Assembly: GCA_950079155.1 (NCBI GenBank)
Contig: CATMWH010000001.1
Location: 194,982-258,981 of the forward strand
Length of the DNA: 64,000 bases
Source: an uncultured Christensenella sp.
Lineage (GTDB): Bacteria > Bacillota > Clostridia > Christensenellales > UBA3700
Direction of reading: 5' to 3'
The position numbers and the translations under genes were made by a program. The stretch's first letter is position 1. Every line of letters begins with the position of its first letter. The notes beneath the pieces were generated by a model. That model was not told where the DNA came from and did no database searches. It saw only the letters and a program-made list of their open reading frames with translations. This document shows positions 27,393 to 37,103 of the stretch, piece by piece.

Positions 27393-27469
27393 TGGTCGGG
27401 GTGAAGAGACTTGAACTCCCGGCCCCATGGTCCCAAACCACGTGCGCTACCAAACTGCGCTACACCCCG
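27393..27469 (-). tRNA. tRNA-Pro (UGG), CCA encoded
   Basis: CGGGGUGUAGCGCAGUUUGGUAGCGC 5' half, anticodon loop uuUGGga, acceptor CGGGGUG/CACCCCG. Confidence 0.9.
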
Positions 27470-27491
27470 ACGTAACTCTTGCGACTACTCA

Positions 27492-27520
27492 AATATACTA
27501 TATTCTCAAGAGTTTGTCAA
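27492..27520 (-). promoter_or_regulatory. Sigma-A promoter of the six-tRNA operon
   Basis: Minus strand reads TTGACA (27520..27515), 17 nt, TATATT (27497..27492), with an A/T-rich UP-like tract upstream. Predicted TSS is about 15-20 nt before tRNA-Pro. Confidence 0.75.
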
Positions 27521-27585
27521 GGATTTTTTTATACTTTTTGACTTTTTTTCGGGGCGAGATTTTTCTGCCCCGACCGTCTTAAAAA

Positions 27586-29775
27586 TTAGTCTTTAATATC
27601 CAATTTGAGACCTTTGAAAAGATCTGCCATCGTTGCGGTTGCATCGCCGTCGTCACTCTTCCAAGAAGATATTTCTTCCTCGTCTTTCTTAGCAACTCTT
27701 TGCTTTTTGGGAGCAGTTACTGCTTGAGCGTCAAACTTCTTTGCATTCTTCTTTGCTCTCTTCTCCTTAGCTTCTTGATAATCTTCTTCGCTTACTACGG
27801 TTTCCTCAACAGTCTTTTCTTCTTTTGCAATCAAAGCCTTGATAGAAAGAGTAATTCTGTTGTCTTCAAATCTTATAATTTGAGCGGTTACGCTATCACC
27901 GACTTTAAGCACGTCTGCAGGATTTTTTGTATAACTATGCGAAATTTCAGATACCGGAACAAGTCCGTCGATATTGTCTTCTATGAGCACAAATGCGCCG
28001 TAATCTTTGATATCTCTTACTGTTCCGTTAATTACGCTGCCTACGGGATATTTCTCAAAAGCAATCTCATAAGGTTTTTTCTGAAGTTGCTTATATCCGA
28101 GTTTAACTTTGCCGCTTTCTCTGCTTACATAACGTACAATAAATTCATACGTCTTACCGATTTCAAATACTTGGCTTGCAGGTATGTCTTTGTTATAAGA
28201 CGCGTCGCTATTGTGAACGAGACAGTCAAAACCGTTGACGCTTACGAATGCGCCGAATTCAGCAAATCTCTTTACCTTACCCTTGACAATCGTATCCTTT
28301 TCAAAAGAAGCCCACATTTCGTCTTCTTTCTTTTTCTTCTCTTCTTCGAGAATTACCTTTTGAGAAGCAATAAAGGACTTTTTGCTCTTCAAATCAATTT
28401 CCTTCTCCGGGTCGTCCTTATTTGACTTGATAAGACGAAGTCTCAAAGGCTTGTTTAGATACTTAGGCAAATCCTCTTCCGTAACGTATGCAATTTTGAT
28501 TTGCGAAGCAGGTACGAATATAGTATATCCGCCATAATATCCTTTCAAACCGTTTTTGGTTACCTCTGTCATTGCCATACTGAATTCAGGCGAAGAAAGT
28601 TTCTCAACAGCGTCGCTGTTTTCCTTGTTACGCTTGTCAACAACCTTCTTTGAAAAATATATATACTCTTTGGGAAGAGATTTTGAAGTCTTTTCAATTA
28701 CTATAGCGGAAAACTTATCTCCCTCTTTATAATTTTCGGGATTGTAGTCTACTCCGTCAATTTCTGCATCGTCCTTGCACACAAAGCCGTCTTTCTTTCC
28801 GCCAAAACTTACAGCAATGCCTTCGTCGTTTGCAGAAATTACGGTACAAGTATACGTCTTACCTGCTTTGACGTTCATTGACTTGTCGCCTTGGGAAGCG
28901 AGAAGCGCGCCAAAAGTGTCCTCCTTTGCAGTTTCGGTCTCAATTTTATTGATTTCTTGAGATTCTTTCATTAGATTTTTTACCTCCTCAATCAACTCTG
29001 GTGGAGTTGATGCGCCGGCAACTATGCCGATTTTTATATTTTTATTCACATTTACCGACTTTAAGTCGTCTATTGTTTCTATTAAAAACGTAAGCGGACA
29101 ATTTTTTTTGCAAATTTCTTGTAATTTGCGAGTATTGGAACTGTTATTACTCCCGACAACGAGCATCAAATCGCATTCTTTACTCAATGTCTCACACTCT
29201 TTCTGTCTACCTAAAGTAGTATAGCATATCGTATTATTTGTATCAAGCGTTTTTATGGATGTTTGTAAAATTTTGATATATTTTTCTACATTTTTATGGT
29301 CATAAGTAGTCTGTACGACAAGACAATATTCTTTTTGGTTGTCAAAGGCAACGTCAGTTTCGCCATTGTATATAATCGCAGTGTTGTCGCACCATCCATT
29401 GGTACCTATCACTTCTGGATGATTGGGATTGCCGATAATAATTATTTGCTTTCCTTTGAGATAATTTTCTCGCACTATCTCGTGTATCTTTTTGACAAAA
29501 ACGCACGTACAATCTACGTACTCGATATTATTTGACTTCAAACGGTCGTATATATCCTTACCTACGCCGTGCGATCTGATAATTATCTTATCGCCTTTAA
29601 AATCATTGAGATTATCGACTGTTACTACGCCTCTTGCGCGCAACTTATCCAACACAACTTCGTTGTGAATCAATTCTCCGTAAACATAAGCAGGCGTATT
29701 TATATTCATAGCGACGTCGACGGCTTTCTTTACGCCTTGACAAAAACCGCTGTTTTTAGCGACCGTCACTGACAT
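27586..29775 (-). CDS. ispH: Bifunctional 4-hydroxy-3-methylbut-2-enyl diphosphate reductase (IspH) / ribosomal protein S1-domain protein
   Basis: N-terminal ~280 aa is IspH (AKNSGFCQGVKKAV, HNEVV, SSNT). The C-terminal ~440 aa holds four S1 OB-fold repeats (e.g. GKVKRFAEFGAFVSV, GTVRDIKDYGAFVLI). This fusion is common in Clostridia. Confidence 0.9.
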   Translation of the reverse strand: MSVTVAKNSGFCQGVKKAVDVAMNINTPAYVYGELIHNEVVLDKLRARGVVTVDNLNDFKGDKIIIRSHGVGKDIYDRLKSNNIEYVDCTCVFVKKIHEIVRENYLKGKQIIIIGNPNHPEVIGTNGWCDNTAIIYNGETDVAFDNQKEYCLVVQTTYDHKNVEKYIKILQTSIKTLDTNNTICYTTLGRQKECETLSKECDLMLVVGSNNSSNTRKLQEICKKNCPLTFLIETIDDLKSVNVNKNIKIGIVAGASTPPELIEEVKNLMKESQEINKIETETAKEDTFGALLASQGDKSMNVKAGKTYTCTVISANDEGIAVSFGGKKDGFVCKDDAEIDGVDYNPENYKEGDKFSAIVIEKTSKSLPKEYIYFSKKVVDKRNKENSDAVEKLSSPEFSMAMTEVTKNGLKGYYGGYTIFVPASQIKIAYVTEEDLPKYLNKPLRLRLIKSNKDDPEKEIDLKSKKSFIASQKVILEEEKKKKEDEMWASFEKDTIVKGKVKRFAEFGAFVSVNGFDCLVHNSDASYNKDIPASQVFEIGKTYEFIVRYVSRESGKVKLGYKQLQKKPYEIAFEKYPVGSVINGTVRDIKDYGAFVLIEDNIDGLVPVSEISHSYTKNPADVLKVGDSVTAQIIRFEDNRITLSIKALIAKEEKTVEETVVSEEDYQEAKEKRAKKNAKKFDAQAVTAPKKQRVAKKDEEEISSWKSDDGDATATMADLFKGLKLDIKD

Positions 29776-31213
29776 TAGCGCACAACTCCTTGCTCTGATT
29801 TTTCTTATATCTTAAATATCTTTTTTTACTTCCCTTACACTCTTCAACAAGTATATCGATTTCTCTTCTCAATTCTTGCATCTTATCGGATATAACTTGC
29901 GTAGCCTCATCTCTGATGTCTCCAATCTTTTTATCGTAAAATTCGTCTAACCAAAACGGAGCGCCTACCATAAGTTTGTTTCTCTTAAAAATACCAGTCT
30001 TTTTATAATAAAGCATTGGCACGATAGGCGCCTTTGCCTTAATCGCAAAAGTTGCAACACCTTGTTTAAATGGCAAAAATTCTTTTGAATTTTGCTTATT
30101 TCTCGTGCCTTCCGGAAAAATCAATACCGGTTGATTTTTATTGAGAGCCCCCAAAATACTCTTGACTGCGTTGACGTCGGCTTCGCCTCTTTTTACGGAT
30201 ATTCCCCCCAACTCTTTTGCCACGTTTGCAACAAAAGTATTTTGCGTGACTTCGTCTTTCATTACGACTTTGCCGTTTTTGCCAAGCAATTTAGAAATTA
30301 TTACGCAAGGGTCAAGCGCAGAATAATGATTACAAATCACCACGGCCTTGGAATTTTTGGGGAAATTATCTTTAAAATAAATCCTTGTGACCCATAATGC
30401 TCCCATTACCCATCTAGCAAAATTTGCAATGCCTTTATAAAACCAATTATGCTTTACCTTTTTTATATTGCTTTTAATTTGCTTATTTACAGAATTATTG
30501 ATGTCTTTTACTTGCGAAATTTGCTCAGTTTTGCATTTCAAATGATTATTTTTATCAACTTCGTCTACTTTATTCAAAATTATGTCTACGACTTGTTGCA
30601 ACGACATATCTGTACTGTCTATCTCAAAAGAATCGTCTGTCTTCTTCAACGGCGCAAACTCTCTGTTCATATCGTTGAAGTCTCGGTCTCTCACGTCGGC
30701 AAGAATTTGTTCGTACGACACTTCCTGACCTTTGGCTTTGAGTTCTTCAAATCTTCTTTTTGCTCGCTCCGTATCTTTCGCCGTAAGATAAAACTTATAT
30801 TTTGCGTCCGGCAAAACATAACTCGTAATATCTCTTCCGTCCAATACTACGTCGGTAGATTGCGCAATTTTTCTTTGCATATCTACCAAGAATAATCTAA
30901 CTGCAGGAATTTTAGATACTTCGGAGGCATACTTTGACATCTCGTGCCGTCTTATATCTTCCGACACATTGTTACCGTTAAGACATATTTGATTTTCATC
31001 GTTGACTTTGATATATGAAAGATTTATATCGTTTAAAAGCGGCTTTACGTCATCTTCGAGCGACGGATTTTTTCCGCAACCTATCACGTGTAAAGCAACC
31101 GCCCGATACATTGCTCCTGTATCAAGATATGTTATTCCCAATGTCTTTGCGACTATTTTGGCTATCGTGCTTTTACCCGCTCCGCTAGGTCCGTCAATGG
31201 CGATATTTATCAT
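29756..31213 (-). CDS. cmk: Fusion protein: cytidylate kinase (N) + 1-acyl-sn-glycerol-3-phosphate acyltransferase-like domain (C)
   Basis: N-terminal half: IAIDGPSGAGKSTIAK..LDTGAMYRA (Cmk). C-terminal half: acyltransferase HxxxxD motif (CNHYSALDP) and FPEGTRN. Start taken at ATG 31213 (GGAGAG RBS), since the track TTG at 31264 lacks an RBS. The 3' end overlaps ispH by 20 nt. Confidence 0.85.
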   Translation of the reverse strand: MINIAIDGPSGAGKSTIAKIVAKTLGITYLDTGAMYRAVALHVIGCGKNPSLEDDVKPLLNDINLSYIKVNDENQICLNGNNVSEDIRRHEMSKYASEVSKIPAVRLFLVDMQRKIAQSTDVVLDGRDITSYVLPDAKYKFYLTAKDTERAKRRFEELKAKGQEVSYEQILADVRDRDFNDMNREFAPLKKTDDSFEIDSTDMSLQQVVDIILNKVDEVDKNNHLKCKTEQISQVKDINNSVNKQIKSNIKKVKHNWFYKGIANFARWVMGALWVTRIYFKDNFPKNSKAVVICNHYSALDPCVIISKLLGKNGKVVMKDEVTQNTFVANVAKELGGISVKRGEADVNAVKSILGALNKNQPVLIFPEGTRNKQNSKEFLPFKQGVATFAIKAKAPIVPMLYYKKTGIFKRNKLMVGAPFWLDEFYDKKIGDIRDEATQVISDKMQELRREIDILVEECKGSKKRYLRYKKNQSKELCANVSDGR

Positions 31214-31290
31214 AAACTCTCCGATTAGTAGTAATATTTTAACGTATTTGACATTGTTTTGCAATCATTTTATATATTATCGCAATAATT

Positions 31291-32520
31291 TTAAATACTT
31301 TTGCTCATTTGATGAGCCGTACTAAATGCAAGTTGAAGATTAAATCCGCCCGTAAGCGCGTCAACGTCCAATACTTCGCCTATAAAATATAAATTTTTAA
31401 TCAACTTACTCATCATATCTTTTGGATTGACTTGCTTACAATCCACACCGCCGGACGTGATAATTCCTGCGTTGATATTCTCCAATCCGACTATAGAAAA
31501 AGTCAAGTTTTTGATTGTCAAAGCAAGTCTTTCCCTTTGGTCTTTTGTTACGCTGTTTGCAACTTGTCTTTCGTTTAGACAACTTTGCCTTATTACCACA
31601 CTCACCAAAGATTTTGGCATAAGCGCAGTTAAAATATTCTTCAATTCCACGTTACTTCTTTGAGCAAACTCTCTAATAAGTCGATTTTGCAGAGTCTCAT
31701 TATCCAATGCGGGTTTTAAATCTATGCAAAGACTATACTTGACGTCAAACTTTCCTGCCGAATAATGCTTGTTGATGAGCGACGAAAGCGAAAGTATTAT
31801 AGGTCCGCTCACTCCGCTGTGAGTAAAAAGCATTTCGCCAAATTGCGAAAACAGAGTCTTTCCGTCTCGGACTATGCTTGCGCTTACGTTTTTCAAACTC
31901 AATCCCTGCAAGCCGTACTGCTCCTTGAGCAATATTGGTACAAGCGCAGGTTTTGGCTCAATCACGTTATGTCCCAATTCCTTTGCCCATCTATATCCGT
32001 CTCCGGTACTTCCGGTAGCTTGATAAGATATTCCGCCCGTTGCAACGACTATTTTGTCCGCAGAAATCGTTTCACCGCCGGTAGTTTTGACTGCGTATGC
32101 GCAGCCGTCTTCAACGCAAATCTCCTTTGCAGCCGTATTTAATCTTACTTCGACGCCGGACGAGCGCAAAGTCTTCTCAAGACACTTTATTATGTCGCTC
32201 GACTTATCTGATTGAGGAAACACTCTGTTGCCTCTCTCTGTCTTTAATTTTACTCCGTTGGTTTCAAAAAAATCAATCGTATCTTTGGGAGAAAATCCGT
32301 ATAATGCCGAAGTCATAAATTTGCTATTAGTAACTATATTAGCAAAGAAGTCGTGCAAATCGCAGTTATTAGTCAAATTACATCGTCCTTTGCCAGTAAT
32401 AAATAATTTTTTTCCAAGCTTTTCATTCTTTTCAATTAAAGTGACTTCAGCGCCCTTTTGCGCAAGCAATATCGCGCACATCATTCCGCTTGCTCCGCCG
32501 CCTATTACAATTGCATTCAT
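31291..32520 (-). CDS. NAD(P)/FAD-dependent oxidoreductase, HI0933/BaiN (YhiN) family
   Basis: Dinucleotide fold VIGGGASGMMCAILLAQKG..EKNEKLGKKLFITGKGRCNLTN and C-terminal GEVLDVDALTGGFNLQ. Confidence 0.85.
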   Translation of the reverse strand: MNAIVIGGGASGMMCAILLAQKGAEVTLIEKNEKLGKKLFITGKGRCNLTNNCDLHDFFANIVTNSKFMTSALYGFSPKDTIDFFETNGVKLKTERGNRVFPQSDKSSDIIKCLEKTLRSSGVEVRLNTAAKEICVEDGCAYAVKTTGGETISADKIVVATGGISYQATGSTGDGYRWAKELGHNVIEPKPALVPILLKEQYGLQGLSLKNVSASIVRDGKTLFSQFGEMLFTHSGVSGPIILSLSSLINKHYSAGKFDVKYSLCIDLKPALDNETLQNRLIREFAQRSNVELKNILTALMPKSLVSVVIRQSCLNERQVANSVTKDQRERLALTIKNLTFSIVGLENINAGIITSGGVDCKQVNPKDMMSKLIKNLYFIGEVLDVDALTGGFNLQLAFSTAHQMSKSI

Positions 32521-33263
32521 TCTATTATCTCATTCTTAATTTTTTCAAAAAATTCTATATTGTTCCAATCGTTCTTTACAGGTGAAATTATAATAAAATT
32601 TTTGTCATACAGCAGCACGTCGTCATCTTGCGCGGTATTTTCAGAAAGCGTCCACCGACAGTGGGCTTTATACCCAAAGCCCTCCTCATAACGGTAATTT
32701 TCATCAAAATATCTCACGCCTAACTTTGCAAATTTAACTCCTGCAATCTCACTATTATTGCCTGCCGGTATATTGATATTGAATATAGTCTGCGCGTCTT
32801 GCGGCAATAATTGATGCAATTTGCGATAATTTCTTGCTATGAAATCAGATGATAATTCAAAATTGTCAAGAGTATATTCTTGCGACACAGAAATTGATTT
32901 GATATTGTGCACTGCGCCTTCTAAAGCGGCGTTGACTGTTCCTGAATAAAATATATCAGTTCCGAGATTAAATCCTTTATTGATTCCGCTTATAATCAAA
33001 TCCGGCTTTTTCTTCAATATCAAATTTAAAGCAACTTTGACGCAATCCGCAGGAGTGCCATTGACGGCAAAGCACTTAACTCCTTCAAGCAAATTCAACT
33101 CAACGAAATTCACATATCCATAAAGCGTAAAACTATGCCCGGTCCCGGACATTTGACCTTGCGGAGCAACTACTGTAACCTCATTGTCAACGCAAAGTTT
33201 TTCCGCAAGTCTTAAAATTCCGCTACTGTATATTCCGTCGTCGTTTACTAATAATATATTCAT
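32517..33263 (-). CDS. surE: 5'/3'-nucleotidase SurE
   Basis: MNILLVNDDGIYSSGI N-terminus, GINKGFNLG, SGTVNAALEG. 4-nt overlap with the next gene. Confidence 0.92.
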   Translation of the reverse strand: MNILLVNDDGIYSSGILRLAEKLCVDNEVTVVAPQGQMSGTGHSFTLYGYVNFVELNLLEGVKCFAVNGTPADCVKVALNLILKKKPDLIISGINKGFNLGTDIFYSGTVNAALEGAVHNIKSISVSQEYTLDNFELSSDFIARNYRKLHQLLPQDAQTIFNINIPAGNNSEIAGVKFAKLGVRYFDENYRYEEGFGYKAHCRWTLSENTAQDDDVLLYDKNFIIISPVKNDWNNIEFFEKIKNEIIE

Positions 33264-33403
33264 ATTTTTATTTTAGCAAAAAACCAAACAAAAGTAAAAT
33301 AATATGCCGATAAAGAAAAAGAGAACTATCGTATTTTTACGAAAATTCCCTTTAATACATATATAATTTAAAAATTTTTTTATAATTAGATACTATGCGA
33401 CTA

Positions 33404-34801
33404 TCAAACAGGTTGGATACCCTTTGCAGTATCTCCAACTTCTCTGTCTACGTGCTTTTTGTTTGCCTGACGATACTTGAAGAAATTCAGCGCAACCTGC
33501 GGGAAAAGCGCGTAAGACAATACGTCTTCGTCCTGCTCTATATACTCTTTTATTTCCTCTCTGTACTTTGCAAGTTCAGGTTTCAAAAGGTCTGCCGGTC
33601 TGCAAGTAATTCTCTCAGCGTCACCAAGAACCTGTTTGATAACATCAGGGTTTGGCTCTGCTGGAAGTTTTCCGTACTCCCCCTTCAATACGCCCTTGGT
33701 CTCTGCCGAAACCATCTTATATCTCTCTCCGGCAAGTACGTTGAAAACTGCTTGCGTACCTACTATTTGGCTTGTCGGAGTAACGAGCGGCGGATAACCG
33801 AGATCCTTTCTTACATTGGGGACTTCTGCCAAAACTTGCTCGTATTTATCCAAAGCATTGGCTTTTTTAAGTTGTCCTACGAGGTTGGAAAGCATTCCGC
33901 CCGGCACTTGATAAATCAAAGCGTTTACATCTGTAGCCAAAGACTTATCCGTCAACCACCCGTCAGCCTTAAGTCTGTCAGCAACTTTTTTGAAGTGATT
34001 TGATATCTCGTTGAGGTATGCCACGTCAAGTCCGGTATCATACTCTGTTCCTTTCAATATTGCGACCATAGGCTCCGTAGCCGGCTGTGACGTACCGTTG
34101 CCCAAAGCGCTCAACGCGCAATCAATTATATCTACTCCGGCCTCAATAGATTTTAGATATGTCTGGTTGCCTGTTCCGGCAGTTTGGTGAGTATGCAAAT
34201 GAATCAAAGTAGAAGGTTTAAGCACTGCTTTCATACCTTTGACAAGGTCATAGGCGACGTAAGGCAACAATATACCTGCCATATCCTTGATACAGATATT
34301 ATCTGCGCCCATATCTTCAAGTTCTTTTGCCAAATTGATAAAATACTCGTTGGTATGAACTGGAGATGTAGTATAAGATATAGTAGCCTCGCATATACCG
34401 CCGTATTTCTTACAACTCTTTATAGCCTGAGCCATATTTCTGGGATCGTTGAGCGCGTCAAAGATACGCAAAATATCACAACCGTTTTCAATCGTCTTCT
34501 TGACAAATTCGTCTACGACGTCGTCGGCATAGTGCTTGTATCCCAATATGTTTTGACCTCTGAAAAGCATCTGCAACTTGGTCTTCGGCATAGCCTTTTT
34601 TAACTGTCTCAATCTATCCCACGGATCTTCGTTGAGAAAACGAAGACAGGAGTCAAATGTCGCGCCGCCCCAGCACTCTATAGAATAATAACCTGCGTTG
34701 TCCAATTTTTCGCACATTGGCAACATCTCGTCAAGTCTCATACGAGTAGCCGCTTGAGATTGGTGAGCGTCACGCAAAATAGTTTCTGTAATCTTAACCA
34801 T
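33404..34801 (-). CDS. 5S-type carboxyltransferase (oxaloacetate decarboxylase alpha / PycB / transcarboxylase 5S family), without a biotinyl domain
   Basis: ITETILRDAHQS, CIKDMAG (carbamylated-Lys motif), HLHTHQTAG. The protein ends at ..GDTAKGIQPV with no MKM biotin motif. Start at ATG 34801 with a GAAGAGG RBS. Confidence 0.88.
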   Translation of the reverse strand: MVKITETILRDAHQSQAATRMRLDEMLPMCEKLDNAGYYSIECWGGATFDSCLRFLNEDPWDRLRQLKKAMPKTKLQMLFRGQNILGYKHYADDVVDEFVKKTIENGCDILRIFDALNDPRNMAQAIKSCKKYGGICEATISYTTSPVHTNEYFINLAKELEDMGADNICIKDMAGILLPYVAYDLVKGMKAVLKPSTLIHLHTHQTAGTGNQTYLKSIEAGVDIIDCALSALGNGTSQPATEPMVAILKGTEYDTGLDVAYLNEISNHFKKVADRLKADGWLTDKSLATDVNALIYQVPGGMLSNLVGQLKKANALDKYEQVLAEVPNVRKDLGYPPLVTPTSQIVGTQAVFNVLAGERYKMVSAETKGVLKGEYGKLPAEPNPDVIKQVLGDAERITCRPADLLKPELAKYREEIKEYIEQDEDVLSYALFPQVALNFFKYRQANKKHVDREVGDTAKGIQPV

Positions 34802-34823
34802 ATTTATATACCTCTTCTTTGTA

Positions 34824-36215
34824 TTATGCGCCGAATATAGCAAGCAACACGCCTGCTGCAACGGCAGAACCGATAACGCCTGCTACGTTAGGTCCCATTG
34901 CGTGCATCAGCAAATAGTTGTTGGGATTTTCCTCTTGACCAACCATATGCGAAATTCTAGCCGCCATAGGCACAGCTGATACGCCTGCCGAACCGATAAG
35001 CGGATTGATCTTACCCTTTGATAATTTGCTCATAAGTTTACCGATAAGCAATCCTCCCGCCGTACCGAACGCGAATGCAAATACGCCTATCAAAATAATC
35101 AAAAGCGTGCTTGTATTCAAGAACACATCAGCAGTAGCTTTGCTTCCCACGATTACGCCGAGAATTATCGTAATAATATTGATTAGTTCATTCTTGGCAG
35201 TATTAGTAAGTCTCGGAACAACTCCCGACTCTTTCATAAGGTTGCCAAGCATCAACATACCGAGAAGCGGAATTGCCGACGGCAAAATCATACCTACAAT
35301 ACCGGTAACTGCAATTGGGAAAATTACTTTTTCCGTCTTAGATACGGGGCGCAACTGCTCCATTACTATACCTCTTTCTTTCTTTGTAGTAAGAAGTTTC
35401 ATAATAGGCGGTTGAATTACCTTGATAAGAGCCATATACGAATATGCCGCTACGGAAATTGCAGGCAACAAGTGGGCCGCTAATTTTACTGTAACATAAA
35501 TAGCCGTAGGACCGTCTGCGCCGCCGATACTACCTATTGACGCAGCCTCTTCGCCAGTAAAACCTATATTTATAGCAATAATAAAGGTTACGAAGATGCC
35601 CAATTGCGCCGCAGCGCCCATAATCAGCGATTTTGGATTTGCAATCAACGGACCGAAATCTGTCATTGCGCCGATTCCAAGGAAGATAAGAGGCGGATAT
35701 ATTACCCACTCTACGCCTTTATAAAGATAGAAAAACAAGCCTTGGTCTGCTACCACTTCGTGTGATACGACTATACTGTCTTTTATTGCCTCAAACTGAG
35801 GTAATGCAAATATCGTATCTTCAATAAGTTTGACTTTGTCGACCATACTCAAAGAATTCAATGTATCCTCGGCAATTCCAAGAATATTTGCAAGTTCTGT
35901 AATCGTACCTGACAAAGCCTGTTCGCCGTACATCAATGTTTCTCCGTCGACAGCAAACGTATATCCGTATGTACCATACAGAATATTGTATGCGCCGGGA
36001 ATATTTATAATAAACATACCAAAACCGATTGCAAGTAGAAGATTTGGCTCAAATTCTTTGGCTACGGCAAGATATATGAGCAGACACGCGATGGCCATCA
36101 TTACCAAATTTTGCCATATCGGTGTCAAAGACGTCATAAATCCAGTGCTGCGCCACAGGTTTTCAAGCGATTCTACCATTGAAAACGATTGAAGCGTTGT
36201 AATTATGTTAAACAT
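34824..36215 (-). CDS. Sodium ion-translocating decarboxylase beta subunit (OadB/MmdB/GcdB family)
   Basis: 463-aa polytopic membrane protein with family-typical segments (GAMTDFGPLIANP, IGGADGPTAIY, GSAGVSAVPMAAR). Confidence 0.9.
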   Translation of the reverse strand: MFNIITTLQSFSMVESLENLWRSTGFMTSLTPIWQNLVMMAIACLLIYLAVAKEFEPNLLLAIGFGMFIINIPGAYNILYGTYGYTFAVDGETLMYGEQALSGTITELANILGIAEDTLNSLSMVDKVKLIEDTIFALPQFEAIKDSIVVSHEVVADQGLFFYLYKGVEWVIYPPLIFLGIGAMTDFGPLIANPKSLIMGAAAQLGIFVTFIIAINIGFTGEEAASIGSIGGADGPTAIYVTVKLAAHLLPAISVAAYSYMALIKVIQPPIMKLLTTKKERGIVMEQLRPVSKTEKVIFPIAVTGIVGMILPSAIPLLGMLMLGNLMKESGVVPRLTNTAKNELINIITIILGVIVGSKATADVFLNTSTLLIILIGVFAFAFGTAGGLLIGKLMSKLSKGKINPLIGSAGVSAVPMAARISHMVGQEENPNNYLLMHAMGPNVAGVIGSAVAAGVLLAIFGA

Positions 36216-36237
36216 TTTGCCTCCAATAAATCAATGA

Positions 36238-36597
36238 TTATGCAATCGTACAAAGGACTGCGCCGGAATCAACATTTGCGCCTTCTGAAGTAGAATAAGT
36301 GATTACACCTGAGAACGGAGCGGATATAGGAGTATCCATCTTCATTGCTTCGAGAATAATAATTGCATCTCCTTCTTTGACAGTCGCGCCGTTTGCAAAG
36401 CAAAGTTTCTTGACAAGTCCGGGCATTTGCGACTTAACAGGCTTGCCGTTGCCGACAGGAGCCGCTACGGGAGCAGGTTTTGCAACTGGAGTCGCAACCT
36501 GAACTGGAGCAGATACCGCGCTTATTGCGCCGTCTGTAGTCTCCTCTACTTCTACCGAATAGGTTTTTCCGTTTACATTGATATTAAATTTACGCAT
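36238..36597 (-). CDS. Free biotin carboxyl carrier protein (1.3S / MmdC / GcdC-like)
   Basis: 119 aa with an Ala/Pro-rich linker and the biotinylation motif ILEAMKMDTPI. Confidence 0.9.
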   Translation of the reverse strand: MRKFNINVNGKTYSVEVEETTDGAISAVSAPVQVATPVAKPAPVAAPVGNGKPVKSQMPGLVKKLCFANGATVKEGDAIIILEAMKMDTPISAPFSGVITYSTSEGANVDSGAVLCTIA

Positions 36598-36628
36598 AAT
36601 AAATTCTCCTAACTTTATATTATTGTGA

Positions 36629-37090
36629 TTAAATTTCTTTAATAGAGCGAACTCTGAATTTGAGGTTGGACTTGTAAGTCACTTCCTGTGTTTCGTAATA
36701 AGCGTTGAGCGCCGCCATAATGACAGCCACAATCTCTTCGTCTTCTTCCTCGATTGCCACTTTTTCTTCAATTATGGTTTCTTGCTTTTGCAAAGACTGC
36801 GTCTTTTTTGCCGCCTGTCCTTCTTTCAACTTGCCTGCGCCTTGGAATATTAACCTCATAAGCGTAACGACAAAAATCAAAAGTATCAGCATTACAAATA
36901 CGGTACCGATACCAAGCAAAGCAACTTGCAATCCTATAAGTAATCTCTGTCCGAAATTACTATTGCCGATATCAAGCGAATCGGGCTTGCCGTAATCTTG
37001 CGGCAATACCATCATTGTAATCAAGCCTGCAATCAAAGCGACTAAGACTAAGCAAATAATAACTGTTTTTATTATTTTTTTCTTTGACAT
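36629..37090 (-). CDS. OadG-family small membrane subunit (decarboxylase gamma/delta-like)
   Basis: N-terminal TM helices plus the OadG-typical C-terminal segment EEIVAVIMAALNAYY. Position matches that in decarboxylase operons. Confidence 0.7.
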   Translation of the reverse strand: MSKKKIIKTVIICLVLVALIAGLITMMVLPQDYGKPDSLDIGNSNFGQRLLIGLQVALLGIGTVFVMLILLIFVVTLMRLIFQGAGKLKEGQAAKKTQSLQKQETIIEEKVAIEEEDEEIVAVIMAALNAYYETQEVTYKSNLKFRVRSIKEI

Positions 37091-37103
37091 ACTTATACCG
37101 CCT

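Noticed and set aside
27549-27573. Strong GC hairpin (tcggggc/gccccga) just after the ispH::S1 stop that looked like a terminator.
   Set aside because: On the transcribed (minus) strand it is followed by an A7 run, not a U-tract, and on the plus strand the T-run precedes it. So it does not fit an intrinsic terminator in either direction. It may be a stabiliser or processing element, but I cannot support a call.
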